Source: Flavobacteriales bacterium
GTDB taxonomy: Bacteria; Bacteroidota; Bacteroidia; Flavobacteriales; UBA7312
Assembly (NCBI GenBank): GCA_029248105.1
Contig: JAQWJZ010000003.1
Span: 27,350 to 91,349 of the forward strand
Length of the DNA: 64,000 nt
Direction of reading: 5' to 3'
The notes beneath the pieces are model-generated. The model was not told where the DNA came from and did not search any database. It was given only the letters and a program-made list of their open reading frames with translations. The translations under genes and the position numbers were made by a program. This document shows positions 1 through 8,651 of this stretch, one piece after another; within the stretch, counting starts at the first letter, position 1; every line of letters starts with the position of its first letter.

Positions 1-1
1 A

Positions 2-169
2 TACGAAAACGATTTGTCTGATGGGAGTACAGATTTAACAGGACCCTCAGCTGGTTTTACCGTCGAATTACCTCTAAGTGGTGAAACTACTTTCGGTGTT
101 GATTATTCCTTACGAGCAGCTGACCATTTTGGGATGTTGAACACTATAGGCGTACGTATAGACCTGTAA
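2..169 (+). CDS. 3' end of a CDS entering from upstream of the window (55 codons, ends ...YSLRAADHFGMLNTIGVRIDL); product not identifiable
   Basis: Frame phased on position 2 is open from the window edge to TAA at 167-169. Alternating hydrophobic pattern resembles a beta-strand-rich C-terminus. A hairpin plus T-run follows. Confidence 0.4.
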   Translation, partial: YENDLSDGSTDLTGPSAGFTVELPLSGETTFGVDYSLRAADHFGMLNTIGVRIDL

Positions 170-197
170 ATAAAAATAAATTTTGTAATTTAGTGAG

Positions 198-240
198 AAG
201 AGAAGGCTATTATGGTCTTCTCTTTTGAATTTTTTAATAC
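198..240 (+). terminator. Rho-independent terminator candidate
   Basis: 9-bp stem AAGAGAAGG (198-206) / TCTTCTCTT (216-224, one G-T wobble), 9-nt loop, T-rich tail. Confidence 0.5.
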
Positions 241-248
241 ATTGAAAA

Positions 249-722
249 ATGTCTGAAATTGTATATTATACTGAAGAAGGATTAGAAAAACTCAGAAATG
301 AGTTGGAACATTTAAAAACTACTGAACGTCGTAATGTGGCTAGACAGATTTCCGAAGCACGTGATAAAGGTGACCTATCTGAAAATGCTGAATACGATGC
401 TGCTAAGGAAGCACAAGGGCTTTTAGAGGCTAAGATTGCTAAAATGGAATCTGAATTTTCAAAAGCTAGGATCTTAGATGAATCACAAATTGATGTCTCT
501 AAGGTTTTAATTATGTCAAAGGTGACTATTAAAAACGTTCAGAATGGTGCTACGATGTCTTATGAGTTGGTTCCTGAAAGCGAAGCCGACCTAAAGTCAA
601 AGAAAATTTCTATCAGTTCTCCAATAGCTAAAGGGCTACTCGGAAAACAAGTTGGAGATTTGGCCGAAATTCAAGTCCCTAATGGGCTTATGAAATTCGA
701 AATCGTAGATATTAGTCGTTAA
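249..722 (+). CDS. greA: Transcription elongation factor GreA
   Basis: 157 aa. N-terminal coiled-coil with the GreA signature DLSENAEYDAAKE; length and C-terminal domain are typical. Confidence 0.95.
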   Translation: MSEIVYYTEEGLEKLRNELEHLKTTERRNVARQISEARDKGDLSENAEYDAAKEAQGLLEAKIAKMESEFSKARILDESQIDVSKVLIMSKVTIKNVQNGATMSYELVPESEADLKSKKISISSPIAKGLLGKQVGDLAEIQVPNGLMKFEIVDISR

Positions 723-1114
723 TGTCTTCCATCTTCACCAAAATAATTAAAGGAGAAATTCCTTGTTACAAGCTTGCTGAGAACGATGAATTCTTGGCAT
801 TCCTTGATATTGCCCCTTTGGCAAAAGGCCATGCTTTGGTTATACCTAAGCATGAAACAGATTATATTTTTGATATAGAAAGTGATGCTTATGCTCGATT
901 GTGGCAGTTTGCTCAAAACGTAGCCGTTGCTCAAAAGAAAGTCATCCCGTGTGAGCGTATTGGTGTTGCTGTAATAGGGTTAGAAGTTCCTCATGCACAT
1001 ATACACCTTATTCCTATCAATGGTGTACAGGACATAAACTTTTCTAGACCTAAACTAACACTTTCTAAAGAAGAAATGGAGGACGTGGCGGCTTCTATTG
1101 CTCAAGCATACTAA
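722..1114 (+). CDS. HIT (histidine triad) family protein
   Basis: 130 aa. Histidine-triad motif HAHIHLIP near the C-terminus. The start overlaps the greA stop. Confidence 0.9.
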   Translation: MSSIFTKIIKGEIPCYKLAENDEFLAFLDIAPLAKGHALVIPKHETDYIFDIESDAYARLWQFAQNVAVAQKKVIPCERIGVAVIGLEVPHAHIHLIPINGVQDINFSRPKLTLSKEEMEDVAASIAQAY

Positions 1115-1735
1115 TTAACCCAATCTATCGGGGTTATCTTTTAGAAAGGAGCCCCAACCAGAATACGATTTACCACCACTAATTTTCCCATTTTGAAAAT
1201 AATGACAAACTGCAGCGGCTAAGCCATCCGAAGCATCTAAGTGTTTAGGCATTTCTTTAATCTTCAATAGACTTTTTAGCATAGCAGCAACTTGCTCTTT
1301 CGATGCTGTTCCTTGCCCAGTAATAGACATTTTTATTTTTTTAGGAGCGTATTCAAAAATGGGAATATCTCTATATAAACCAGCTGCCATAGCAACACCT
1401 TGAGCACGACCTAGTTTGAGCATCGATTGTACATTCTTGCCAAAGAAAGGGGCCTCAAGTGCCATTTCATCAGCCTTATACTCATCTATCAAAACAAGTG
1501 TGCGTTCAAATATTCGTTTTAATTTATCAGCGTGGCTATTTAATTTGGATAAATGTAAAACACCCATAGTTATCAATTCCATTTTATTACCCTTGACATG
1601 TATGAGTCCATAACCCATAATAGTGGTTCCGGGATCAATACCTAAAATAATTCGGTCTGTTTTACTTTTCAATTTCGTATTATTGTTGCTGATGCAAAGT
1701 AGCAAAAAAATAAGTGTCTTTCTTAAGTTAACCAT
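1115..1735 (-). CDS. ruvC: Crossover junction endodeoxyribonuclease RuvC (likely true start is TTG at 1672, giving about 185 aa)
   Basis: Contains [16 protein letters not shown] (catalytic Asp motif) and C-terminal [12 protein letters not shown]. The 21 N-terminal residues of the longest ORF overlap the divergent gene and are not RuvC-like. TTG at 1672-1670 gives [15 protein letters not shown]. Confidence 0.9.
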   Translation of the reverse strand: MVNLRKTLIFLLLCISNNNTKLKSKTDRIILGIDPGTTIMGYGLIHVKGNKMELITMGVLHLSKLNSHADKLKRIFERTLVLIDEYKADEMALEAPFFGKNVQSMLKLGRAQGVAMAAGLYRDIPIFEYAPKKIKMSITGQGTASKEQVAAMLKSLLKIKEMPKHLDASDGLAAAVCHYFQNGKISGGKSYSGWGSFLKDNPDRLG

Positions 1736-2663
1736 TGTTTGCTTGGCTTTTTGGTTTTTATATCAAAAGGTATTTTCTAATGAGAGTTTTGCCGAGATAA
1801 AAGCACAATTCTTATCTATTCTCAGCCAGGGAAGTTTTCTAGATATTCTTATTGTTTTTATTCTGATGTTTGTTAATTGGTCTATTGACGCCATTAAATG
1901 GCAGTTTTTAGTTTCAAAATTGGAGAAAGTCTCTTTTTGGCTAGCTTTAAAAGCTGTTTTCTTGGGTATTACTGTTTCTATCTTTACGCCTAATAGAGTT
2001 GGTGAGTTTGGTGGTCGTGTATTTTGTTTGCAATATGCCGATAGGATAAAAGCAGTTTTGGTTACTATTTTTGGAAATATTACTCAACTAGTGTCAACAG
2101 TTATCTTTGGCACATTAGCTTTTCTTTATTTCAGTTCGCAATACACTTATCTTATTTTCACTAAAAGTGACTACGGCATTTATATTTTATCTTTACTATC
2201 GATTGTTGTCGTATCCGTTTTATTGTATTTGTTGTTCAACGTTTCTAAGTTATCTGGACTTTTTACAGCTTGGAAGTTTTTAGAAAAATATAAATCCTAT
2301 GCGCCTGTTTTTTCTTTGTTTTCATCAAGTGATATTTCTAAGGTATTGTTTTTAAGTATGCTTAGGTATGGGGTTTATTCTTTTCAATTTTTCTTGCTCA
2401 TTAGATTTGTTAATATCGACATTAGCCTTTTACAATCTTTGACCATGAGTTCGCTTACCTTTTTAAGTATGTCCATTATACCCACGATTGCCTTGACCGA
2501 AATAGGTGTTCGAGGCTCGGTAGCGATTTACTTCTTTGGCTTATTGTCAGAAAACAGTATTGGAATAATGACCGCTTCGTTTGCATTGTGGATTATCAAT
2601 TTAGTAGTACCAGCTATTTTGGGTGTTTTCTTTGTTTATCAGCTTAAATTCTTTAGAAAATGA
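1692..2663 (+). CDS. Polytopic membrane protein, flippase-like / lysyl-PG-synthase-TM-like (UPF0104-type)
   Basis: About 8 hydrophobic segments, family-like motif [13 protein letters not shown] at 1692 is preferred over the track start at 1623, which overlaps ruvC. ATGA overlap with the next gene. Confidence 0.65.
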   Translation: MQSSKKISVFLKLTIVCLAFWFLYQKVFSNESFAEIKAQFLSILSQGSFLDILIVFILMFVNWSIDAIKWQFLVSKLEKVSFWLALKAVFLGITVSIFTPNRVGEFGGRVFCLQYADRIKAVLVTIFGNITQLVSTVIFGTLAFLYFSSQYTYLIFTKSDYGIYILSLLSIVVVSVLLYLLFNVSKLSGLFTAWKFLEKYKSYAPVFSLFSSSDISKVLFLSMLRYGVYSFQFFLLIRFVNIDISLLQSLTMSSLTFLSMSIIPTIALTEIGVRGSVAIYFFGLLSENSIGIMTASFALWIINLVVPAILGVFFVYQLKFFRK

Positions 2664-3721
2664 TTAGCTTGGTAGTAGTCATAGCATTGATTTATTTGCG
2701 TCAAGTTTATCTTTTTTACAAGGGATGGCATAATTTAAAAGTCTATGGCACTGATTTTAGCCCTAAGGTTTCTGTAGTTATTGCACTTAGAAATGAAGAA
2801 GTCAATATACCTTATTTATTGGAAGATTTATTTAAGCAAGATTATCCCCAAGAGGATATAGAATTTATTCTAGTTGACGATTTTTCTACTGATGCGTCTT
2901 ATGACTTACTCCAGCAATCAAATTTCCCAATAAAGGTTATTCGCTCTTCTAAGGAAGGCAAAAAAGCAGCTATAAGTAGGGGTGTTTCTTCAGCACAATA
3001 TGATTTTATTTTAACTACGGACGCTGATTGCCGTCTATCGTCAGATTGGGTCAAACAAATGTTATCGCCATTTGCTGATGATAACGTTCACTTAGTTTCG
3101 GGGCCTGTATCTTACACTAATTTAAATACCGTATTTGATAAGTTTCAAGCCATTGAGTTTATGAGTTTGATAGGTTCTGGTGCTGGAGCTATTGGAGCTG
3201 ACACAGCCTTTATGTGTAATGGTGCTAATATGGCTTTTCGTAAATCTATTTTCTCTTTTACCAATGAGCATATAGCCTCAGGTGATGATGTTTTCTTATT
3301 ACACCATGTTAAAAAATCTAATGCTAAAATAGCGTTTGTCAAAGAACAATCAGCTATAGTTTTTACTAGTCCAAAGAAAAGTGTAACAGCATTTATAAAT
3401 CAAAGGAAACGTTGGGCGTCGAAAAGTTCTTCTTATACTGATATTGCTGCACAGTGGGTAAGTGTCGTCGTATTTCTAACGAACTTATTGATATTACTTC
3501 TTTTGTTTATAGGAAAATTCAAGTTGTTACTTATCTTATTCTTGGTTAAAGTTTTAATTGACTATCGTTTTGTAAAGTCATTATCTCGATTTTTCTTTTA
3601 TGAAAAATACTTATCTTATTATTGGTTAATGTCTATACTTTACCCGTTTTATATTGTATGGGTAGCCTTAAGTTCTCAATTGAGTTCTTATGAATGGAAA
3701 GAAAGAAAACACCAACGATGA
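2660..3721 (+). CDS. Glycosyltransferase family 2 with C-terminal membrane segments
   Basis: VSVVIALRNEE N-terminal GT2 signature, DxD-like TTDADC, hydrophobic C-terminal helices. Confidence 0.85.
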   Translation: MISLVVVIALIYLRQVYLFYKGWHNLKVYGTDFSPKVSVVIALRNEEVNIPYLLEDLFKQDYPQEDIEFILVDDFSTDASYDLLQQSNFPIKVIRSSKEGKKAAISRGVSSAQYDFILTTDADCRLSSDWVKQMLSPFADDNVHLVSGPVSYTNLNTVFDKFQAIEFMSLIGSGAGAIGADTAFMCNGANMAFRKSIFSFTNEHIASGDDVFLLHHVKKSNAKIAFVKEQSAIVFTSPKKSVTAFINQRKRWASKSSSYTDIAAQWVSVVVFLTNLLILLLLFIGKFKLLLILFLVKVLIDYRFVKSLSRFFFYEKYLSYYWLMSILYPFYIVWVALSSQLSSYEWKERKHQR

Positions 3722-4767
3722 ATAGTCTGTCTCAAATAGCATGGTCTAAATTCAAAAAAGATATTTTGGGTGTGAGTGCTTTATGCGCTATCGTTTTGGC
3801 AGTTGTTGCAAGTATTTTTGGTTACCATATTTTTCCTGACTCATCGCCTTATGCCAATCAAATGCATTTGGAATTATCCAAACAGCCACCCGGTTTTGAG
3901 GTCGATATAATTCTAATACCAAAGTCAGATGTTGAGTCTGTCTCTTTTTTCGAAAAAATGATTTATGGACAAGAAAATCCATTTAAAGAAATTCCTATTT
4001 CGGAGTATAGGGAAGTAGATGGGCAACTGTATTATTCTTCTTTTGGTACTGATTATGAACAGCTTTTACAATATGATAATTATACTCTAATAAATCGTTG
4101 CTATACCCTTGGTACAGACTCATTTGGTAGAGATCTGTTGAGTCGTATTTTATGTGGAACTAGGGTGAGTCTTTCGGTTGGTTTCATAGCAGTATTAATA
4201 TCATTGATTATTGGAATTACCTTAGGTGCGATGGCGGCATATTTTAGAGGTAAAGTTGATGCTGTTATTATGTGGTTAGTCAATGTGGTGTGGTCTATAC
4301 CAACCTTATTGATGGTGATTGCTATTTCTTTAGCTTTAGGCAAAGGCTTTTGGCAAGTCTTTGTTGCTGTTGGACTGACTATGTGGGTAGAGGTGGCTCG
4401 TGTCGTTAGGGGCGAGGTGTTGAGCATTAGAGAGAAAGAATATGTTGAAGCTGCTCAATCTTTGGGCTTCGGTCATTTTAGAATTATTTTTAAACACATT
4501 TTGCCGAATGTTATGGGAGCAGTAATTGTTATTTCAGCTGCTAACTTCGCTTCGGCAATTCTCATAGAGTCTGGACTGAGTTTTTTGGGTATTGGTGCAC
4601 AACCGCCTATGCCTTCTTGGGGAACGATGATAAAAGACCATTATGCCTATATCGTTATGGGCAAATCTTACTTAGCTATTTTCCCCGGTTTAGCCATTAT
4701 GTATTTGGTATTGTCTTTCGTATTGGTGGGCAATGCCTTGCGTGATGCCCTTGATGTGCGCCACTAG
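3718..4767 (+). CDS. ABC transporter permease, DppC/OppC type (orphan)
   Basis: EAA-loop EAAQSLGFGHFRIIFKHILPN and six TM segments. ATG at 3718 forms an ATGA overlap with the GT2 stop. No ATPase, partner permease or binding-protein gene lies nearby. Confidence 0.85.
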   Translation: MNSLSQIAWSKFKKDILGVSALCAIVLAVVASIFGYHIFPDSSPYANQMHLELSKQPPGFEVDIILIPKSDVESVSFFEKMIYGQENPFKEIPISEYREVDGQLYYSSFGTDYEQLLQYDNYTLINRCYTLGTDSFGRDLLSRILCGTRVSLSVGFIAVLISLIIGITLGAMAAYFRGKVDAVIMWLVNVVWSIPTLLMVIAISLALGKGFWQVFVAVGLTMWVEVARVVRGEVLSIREKEYVEAAQSLGFGHFRIIFKHILPNVMGAVIVISAANFASAILIESGLSFLGIGAQPPMPSWGTMIKDHYAYIVMGKSYLAIFPGLAIMYLVLSFVLVGNALRDALDVRH

Positions 4768-6095
4768 AAAAGTAATAGTCCTATTACAAAAATTGAACCA
4801 CCTGCCAGTAACAATAATAAACTGTAAGGTAAAATTTCCTTAGCTTTTAATCCTGTAATGCCCAGTAGTGGCAAGGCCCAAAAGGGTTGTAACATATTGG
4901 TTAGTTGGTCGCCGTAAGCCAGAGCCATTACGGCTTTCCAATAAGGCACATTGAGCTGACTTGCCGCCTCTACAATAATAGGTCCTTGCACACCCCACTG
5001 ACCACCTCCACTCGGAACAAATACATTCACTATTCCTGCACTGATAAAGGCAAATATAGGAAAGGTCGTTGTGTTGGAGATACTAACGAAGAAATCGGAA
5101 AATACTCCGACTAAGCCAGAACTGTTCATTATTCCCATTATGCCAAAGTACAGGGGGAATTGAATAAGTATGCCACTAGCTCCACCAATAGCTTGATTTA
5201 TGCCTTTAAGAAAGTGATTAAAGTTTCTGTGTAATAGTATGCCTAGACCCAATAAAAATAAGTTGATGAAGTTGGGTGTGATAAAGGATAGAGATAGTTC
5301 TTGAGGTAATATCAAGGCTTTGTATAGGCAATACAATACTATTAATCCTCCAAACAAATAAGCGAGAATATTGGAATGGTCCAAGCGTTCTGCTCCTTCA
5401 ATTTCTACTTTTTCATCTTCAATAGGCGCTGATACTATGTTGATGGCTTTGGATTGGCCCTTTTTGCCCAAGACATACATTAGAAACGGCAATACAATCA
5501 GTAACACCAAACTAATAGTGATATTCATAGAAGAAAATATAGTTTCGGATTGAGAAATAACTCCGATCTGTTCTTCTAAGAAATGCCCTTTTTCAGCAAT
5601 TTTTATGGGGGCTGAACCCGAAATTCCACCATGCCAAACCATTAAGCCAGAATAACCTGCCGCTCCGATGAGTGGATAATTTAGTGGGATATTATTTTTA
5701 GTAGCATGTTCTCCAACTTTACGAGCAAATATTGCTCCAAAGACTAAGCCTAATCCCCAATTGAAAAAGCTGACTAATAAGGTTAGCAAGGTAACCCATG
5801 CAGCCGCTTGAGCAGTGTTATTGCAAAATTGAGTGGCTTTGTCTATCCAATTACTAATAGTTGTGGTGAGTGCTAATACATGACCTAAGACGAGCATAAG
5901 CATCATCTGCACAGCAAAAACCAATAAAGGTGAATTCCACAATCCTTTTTCCCAATAGCTGAGAAGCGATAATGGGGTTTCTTGGTTTGGACTTAAAGAA
6001 TAGGCTAATACAAACGTGACCAAAGTAAGTACCACTGCAATAGTGAAGGGTGCAGGTAGTAGGGCTTTAAATACACGGATTAGCCGAGCCGACAT
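4764..6095 (-). CDS. Short-chain fatty acid transporter-like membrane protein (AtoE / TIGR00366-like)
   Basis: 443 aa polytopic protein. N-terminus MSARLIRVFKALLPAPFTIAVVLTLVTF resembles the AtoE family; recognised from memory only. Confidence 0.7.
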   Translation of the reverse strand: MSARLIRVFKALLPAPFTIAVVLTLVTFVLAYSLSPNQETPLSLLSYWEKGLWNSPLLVFAVQMMLMLVLGHVLALTTTISNWIDKATQFCNNTAQAAAWVTLLTLLVSFFNWGLGLVFGAIFARKVGEHATKNNIPLNYPLIGAAGYSGLMVWHGGISGSAPIKIAEKGHFLEEQIGVISQSETIFSSMNITISLVLLIVLPFLMYVLGKKGQSKAINIVSAPIEDEKVEIEGAERLDHSNILAYLFGGLIVLYCLYKALILPQELSLSFITPNFINLFLLGLGILLHRNFNHFLKGINQAIGGASGILIQFPLYFGIMGIMNSSGLVGVFSDFFVSISNTTTFPIFAFISAGIVNVFVPSGGGQWGVQGPIIVEAASQLNVPYWKAVMALAYGDQLTNMLQPFWALPLLGITGLKAKEILPYSLLLLLAGGSIFVIGLLLF

Positions 6096-6099
6096 CTAT

Positions 6100-6459
6100 T
6101 TAGAATGGTAAGTCGTCTTCTTCAGCGTCAGAAGCTTCAAGCGGTGCTTGTGGCATAGATGCATCTTCAACTACAGCTGCTGCTGCTCTATTTATTCTCC
6201 AAGCATCTATGTTGTGGTAGTACTTGCCGTTATATTCTCTGGAAGAAAGGTTGAAAGAAACTTCTATTTCGGTTCCTGGCTGAATACCTTCAATCATAGC
6301 GATTTTGTCTTCGCCAAAAAGGCTAAAACACACTTCTGGATTGTACTGTGCGCCAGTATCAATCACAAAAGATTGTTTTTTCCATTCTTTGCCGGCTTTA
6401 CTTGTGCCACTCTCTACGTCTAATGCTTTGACTAATTTTCCTGTAATTGCTAAACTCAT
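6100..6459 (-). CDS. DUF3127 family protein with an SSB-like acidic C-terminal tip
   Basis: 119 aa. N-terminal ITGKLVKALDVESGTSKAGKEWKKQSFVIDT is typical of DUF3127. The C-terminus is ...SDAEEDDLPF. Its ATG overlaps the upstream stop (ATGA). Confidence 0.8.
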   Translation of the reverse strand: MSLAITGKLVKALDVESGTSKAGKEWKKQSFVIDTGAQYNPEVCFSLFGEDKIAMIEGIQPGTEIEVSFNLSSREYNGKYYHNIDAWRINRAAAAVVEDASMPQAPLEASDAEEDDLPF

Positions 6460-7361
6460 GTTCTATTTAATTTATCGATCAATAATGTTTTCCAAGCCTC
6501 ACTAATTCGGCCTTTTTTTAATAATTCTTTAGCACGATAATGCAAAGCTTCTCTAGCCTCTTCATCTTCAGCACTAAAATTTAGTATTTCTTTTATGGTA
6601 TGATTTTCTTCCTTGTATTTTTCTACCTCTTCTATACTAGGGATAGATTCCACATTGCCCAACATACCCAAGTCGTTGCCTGTTAGGATATAGCTATTTT
6701 TTATTCTAGATGGAATATTATCCACACCGATACCTAAGGTTCGAATGGGCTTTTCCACTTCAAACAAAGCATCTTGCGATGAACGGCAATACCAATTACC
6801 ACCCATACGACCTACCAAATCAATTTTGTTAGGGTCGATAGCTCCCATATCGTTAAGTATATCTTCGTTGATGTGAATCATCTTGATTTCACATATCACC
6901 AAATTACCTGCCCCACCTTCTTCTCCCAAAGCTATAACTTCATTAACGGTGCATTCCATTTGAACAGGCGATTCTTTCACACGAAACGGTTTTACCAATT
7001 CCGATGCTAGAGGTGTCAGTCCTGCTTTTGTAAACTCATTAATGCCAGAATCGTATTCTGTACTTGAAAGTGAAGTTTGTTGAACGATGTCGTAAGAAAC
7101 CACATTAATAACAACCTCTTTATTGTCAAGTACATTTTCAAGTGTATGTTTAGTGGTGTTGTTACGCACTCGCCTAGCGGGTGAAAAAATAGCAATAGGT
7201 GGGTTAGCACTAAACACATTGAAAAAACTAAAGGGACTAAGGTTAGGATTGCCGTATTGGTCAAGTGTACTTGCTAGAGCAATTGGACGTGGACCAACAG
7301 CCCCCAAAAGGTATTGGTGCAATTCGCCAACAGGAATATCTTTAGGTTTTAATTGTAACAT
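6456..7361 (-). CDS. Flavin reductase-like domain protein with a ~90-aa C-terminal extension
   Basis: 301 aa. GPRPIALASTLD...NLSPFSFFN matches the flavin reductase family core. Confidence 0.8.
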   Translation of the reverse strand: MLQLKPKDIPVGELHQYLLGAVGPRPIALASTLDQYGNPNLSPFSFFNVFSANPPIAIFSPARRVRNNTTKHTLENVLDNKEVVINVVSYDIVQQTSLSSTEYDSGINEFTKAGLTPLASELVKPFRVKESPVQMECTVNEVIALGEEGGAGNLVICEIKMIHINEDILNDMGAIDPNKIDLVGRMGGNWYCRSSQDALFEVEKPIRTLGIGVDNIPSRIKNSYILTGNDLGMLGNVESIPSIEEVEKYKEENHTIKEILNFSAEDEEAREALHYRAKELLKKGRISEAWKTLLIDKLNRT

Positions 7362-7460
7362 AAAGGTTAAAAATGATTCTTAACAAAAATAGTATTTTGA
7401 CTGTAAAATTGCTGATGTATATAGAATAAATATTTTTTATTTAGAATTGACTAAAAACTA

Positions 7461-7468
7461 TATATTTG
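7461..7468 (+). promoter_or_regulatory. Bacteroidetes-type -7 promoter box (TATATTTG)
   Basis: Matches the TAnnTTTG consensus, 14 nt upstream of tRNA-Leu. No clear -33 TTG. Confidence 0.4.
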
Positions 7469-7482
7469 CAAACCATTTTGCT

Positions 7483-7564
7483 GCGGATGTGGTGGAATTG
7501 GTAGACACGCTAGACTTAGGATCTAGTGCCGCGAGGCGTGGGGGTTCGACTCCCTTCATCCGCA
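7483..7564 (+). tRNA. tRNA-Leu (anticodon TAG)
   Basis: Acceptor stem GCGGATG/CATCCGC, anticodon loop CTTAGGA, long variable arm, GGTTCGACTCC T-arm. 82 nt. Confidence 0.95.
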
Positions 7565-7567
7565 CAC

Positions 7568-7597
7568 AAAAGCAACTCAACTGAGTTGCTTTTTTTA
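7568..7597. terminator. Bidirectional rho-independent terminator
   Basis: 8-bp stem AGCAACTC/GAGTTGCT with a 4-nt loop, A-run upstream and T7 downstream. Sits between tRNA-Leu (+) and the XRE gene (-). Confidence 0.7.
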
Positions 7598-7813
7598 TTT
7601 CAAAAAGGATTTGCAATCCAAGTGAATTAACTTTTGTGGCGATACTTTTAAGGCTTTAGAGATGCGTTCGATACATTCATCATCCAATTGTATTTGTCCT
7701 TTTTCAATTCGTGAAACGTGTTTTTGAGAATAACCGATAGCAGATGCTAATGCCTCTTGAGTGAGGTTGCGCATTTCCCTAACGATGCGAATATTTTTAC
7801 CAAGCTTTTTCAT
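7595..7813 (-). CDS. XRE-family helix-turn-helix transcriptional regulator
   Basis: 72 aa. HTH_3 pattern LTQEALASAIGYSQKHVSRIEKG. Confidence 0.85.
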   Translation of the reverse strand: MKKLGKNIRIVREMRNLTQEALASAIGYSQKHVSRIEKGQIQLDDECIERISKALKVSPQKLIHLDCKSFLK

Positions 7814-7875
7814 AAACTCAAATTTAAAAAAACAATTACATTCTCAATGTTAAGCAAAAGTTAAATTCAGCTGAT

Positions 7876-7892
7876 ATGTCTAAATTAGACAT
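7876..7892. promoter_or_regulatory. Perfect 17-bp palindrome ATGTCTAAATTAGACAT, candidate operator
   Basis: 7-bp arms with a 3-bp spacer, in the 165-bp divergent intergenic region between the XRE gene and the lipoprotein gene. Confidence 0.4.
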
Positions 7893-7978
7893 AAACAGTA
7901 GTTATTTTCTTTCAATTTTTAGCTAACATTGTACAAAGCAAAGGCACAAAGTCTTAGCAAAACTTAAAACTTATAAAA

Positions 7979-8470
7979 ATGAAAAATTTACTTTATGGCA
8001 CCCTATTCCTCGCCTTAGTAGGAATAACTTTTGTAGGCTGTGAGAAAGCGGACACTTATTCTGTTGATAGTTCTAAGCGTTTGACTCCAGACAATTTTAA
8101 AAAACATATTGAATCAGTTGAAATGAACTTTGATGAAAATTCTGCTTTTATAGATGATTTTTTAACTAAAGCAAAAACAAATAGCCTTGACAAAAAGTCA
8201 TTTGAAAAAATGTTAGTTATGTTAAATATTGACTCTTCAATCAATGTTGATGAATTAGACAATTATAATTTGGAAAATGGAGTATATGATTCAATAGAGT
8301 TGTATAAAAATAGAGTTAGAGTAAAGAAAAAAAAGAAATCTAGATGTGATAGATTAGTTGAAATTAGAGATGCTTTATTACAAGAGTGTAGTAAATATGT
8401 AATAGGAATTGATGAATCTTGTGCAGCGGCTGTAATGATAGCTTATTGGTATAAATCAAGAAATTGTTGA
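7979..8470 (+). CDS. Hypothetical lipoprotein with a Cys-rich C-terminus
   Basis: 163 aa. Signal peptide plus lipobox (LVGITFVGC). No family recognised. Four Cys in the last 45 residues. Internal A8 run (8327-8334) encodes part of the KKKKK stretch. Confidence 0.6.
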   Translation: MKNLLYGTLFLALVGITFVGCEKADTYSVDSSKRLTPDNFKKHIESVEMNFDENSAFIDDFLTKAKTNSLDKKSFEKMLVMLNIDSSINVDELDNYNLENGVYDSIELYKNRVRVKKKKKSRCDRLVEIRDALLQECSKYVIGIDESCAAAVMIAYWYKSRNC

Positions 8471-8474
8471 TTTT

Positions 8475-8651
8475 ATGATTAGAAAAGAATGGCTTAGAAT
8501 TGTATACTTTTTGATAATTTCATCTTTCTATATAGCAACGGATTTTGGTTTTTTTATTGCTATTGTTCACCTCATTTTGGCGTGGGTTAATCCCAAAAAA
8601 TTCGGAATGAGCCGACTGCTAATGAAGATGTTAGCTAAGAGAACTATATAA
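8475..8651 (+). CDS. Hypothetical small membrane protein (58 aa), below the ORF-track cutoff
   Basis: ATG at 8475, TAA at 8649-8651. Translation is MIRKEWLRIVYFLIISSFYIATDFGFFIAIVHLILAWVNPKKFGMSRLLMKMLAKRTI, with two hydrophobic segments. Starts 4 nt after the lipoprotein stop. Confidence 0.35.
   Translation: MIRKEWLRIVYFLIISSFYIATDFGFFIAIVHLILAWVNPKKFGMSRLLMKMLAKRTI

Noticed and set aside
1623-1735. Apparent 113-nt overlap of divergent ruvC and the flippase-like gene
   Set aside because: This is an artefact of longest-ORF calling. TTG 1672 (ruvC) and ATG 1692 (membrane protein) give family-typical N-termini and remove the overlap.
8327-8334. A8 run inside the lipoprotein gene as a second phase-variation tract
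   Set aside because: The gene is in frame as assembled. A-runs of this length are common in AT-rich genomes, so there is no evidence of switching.
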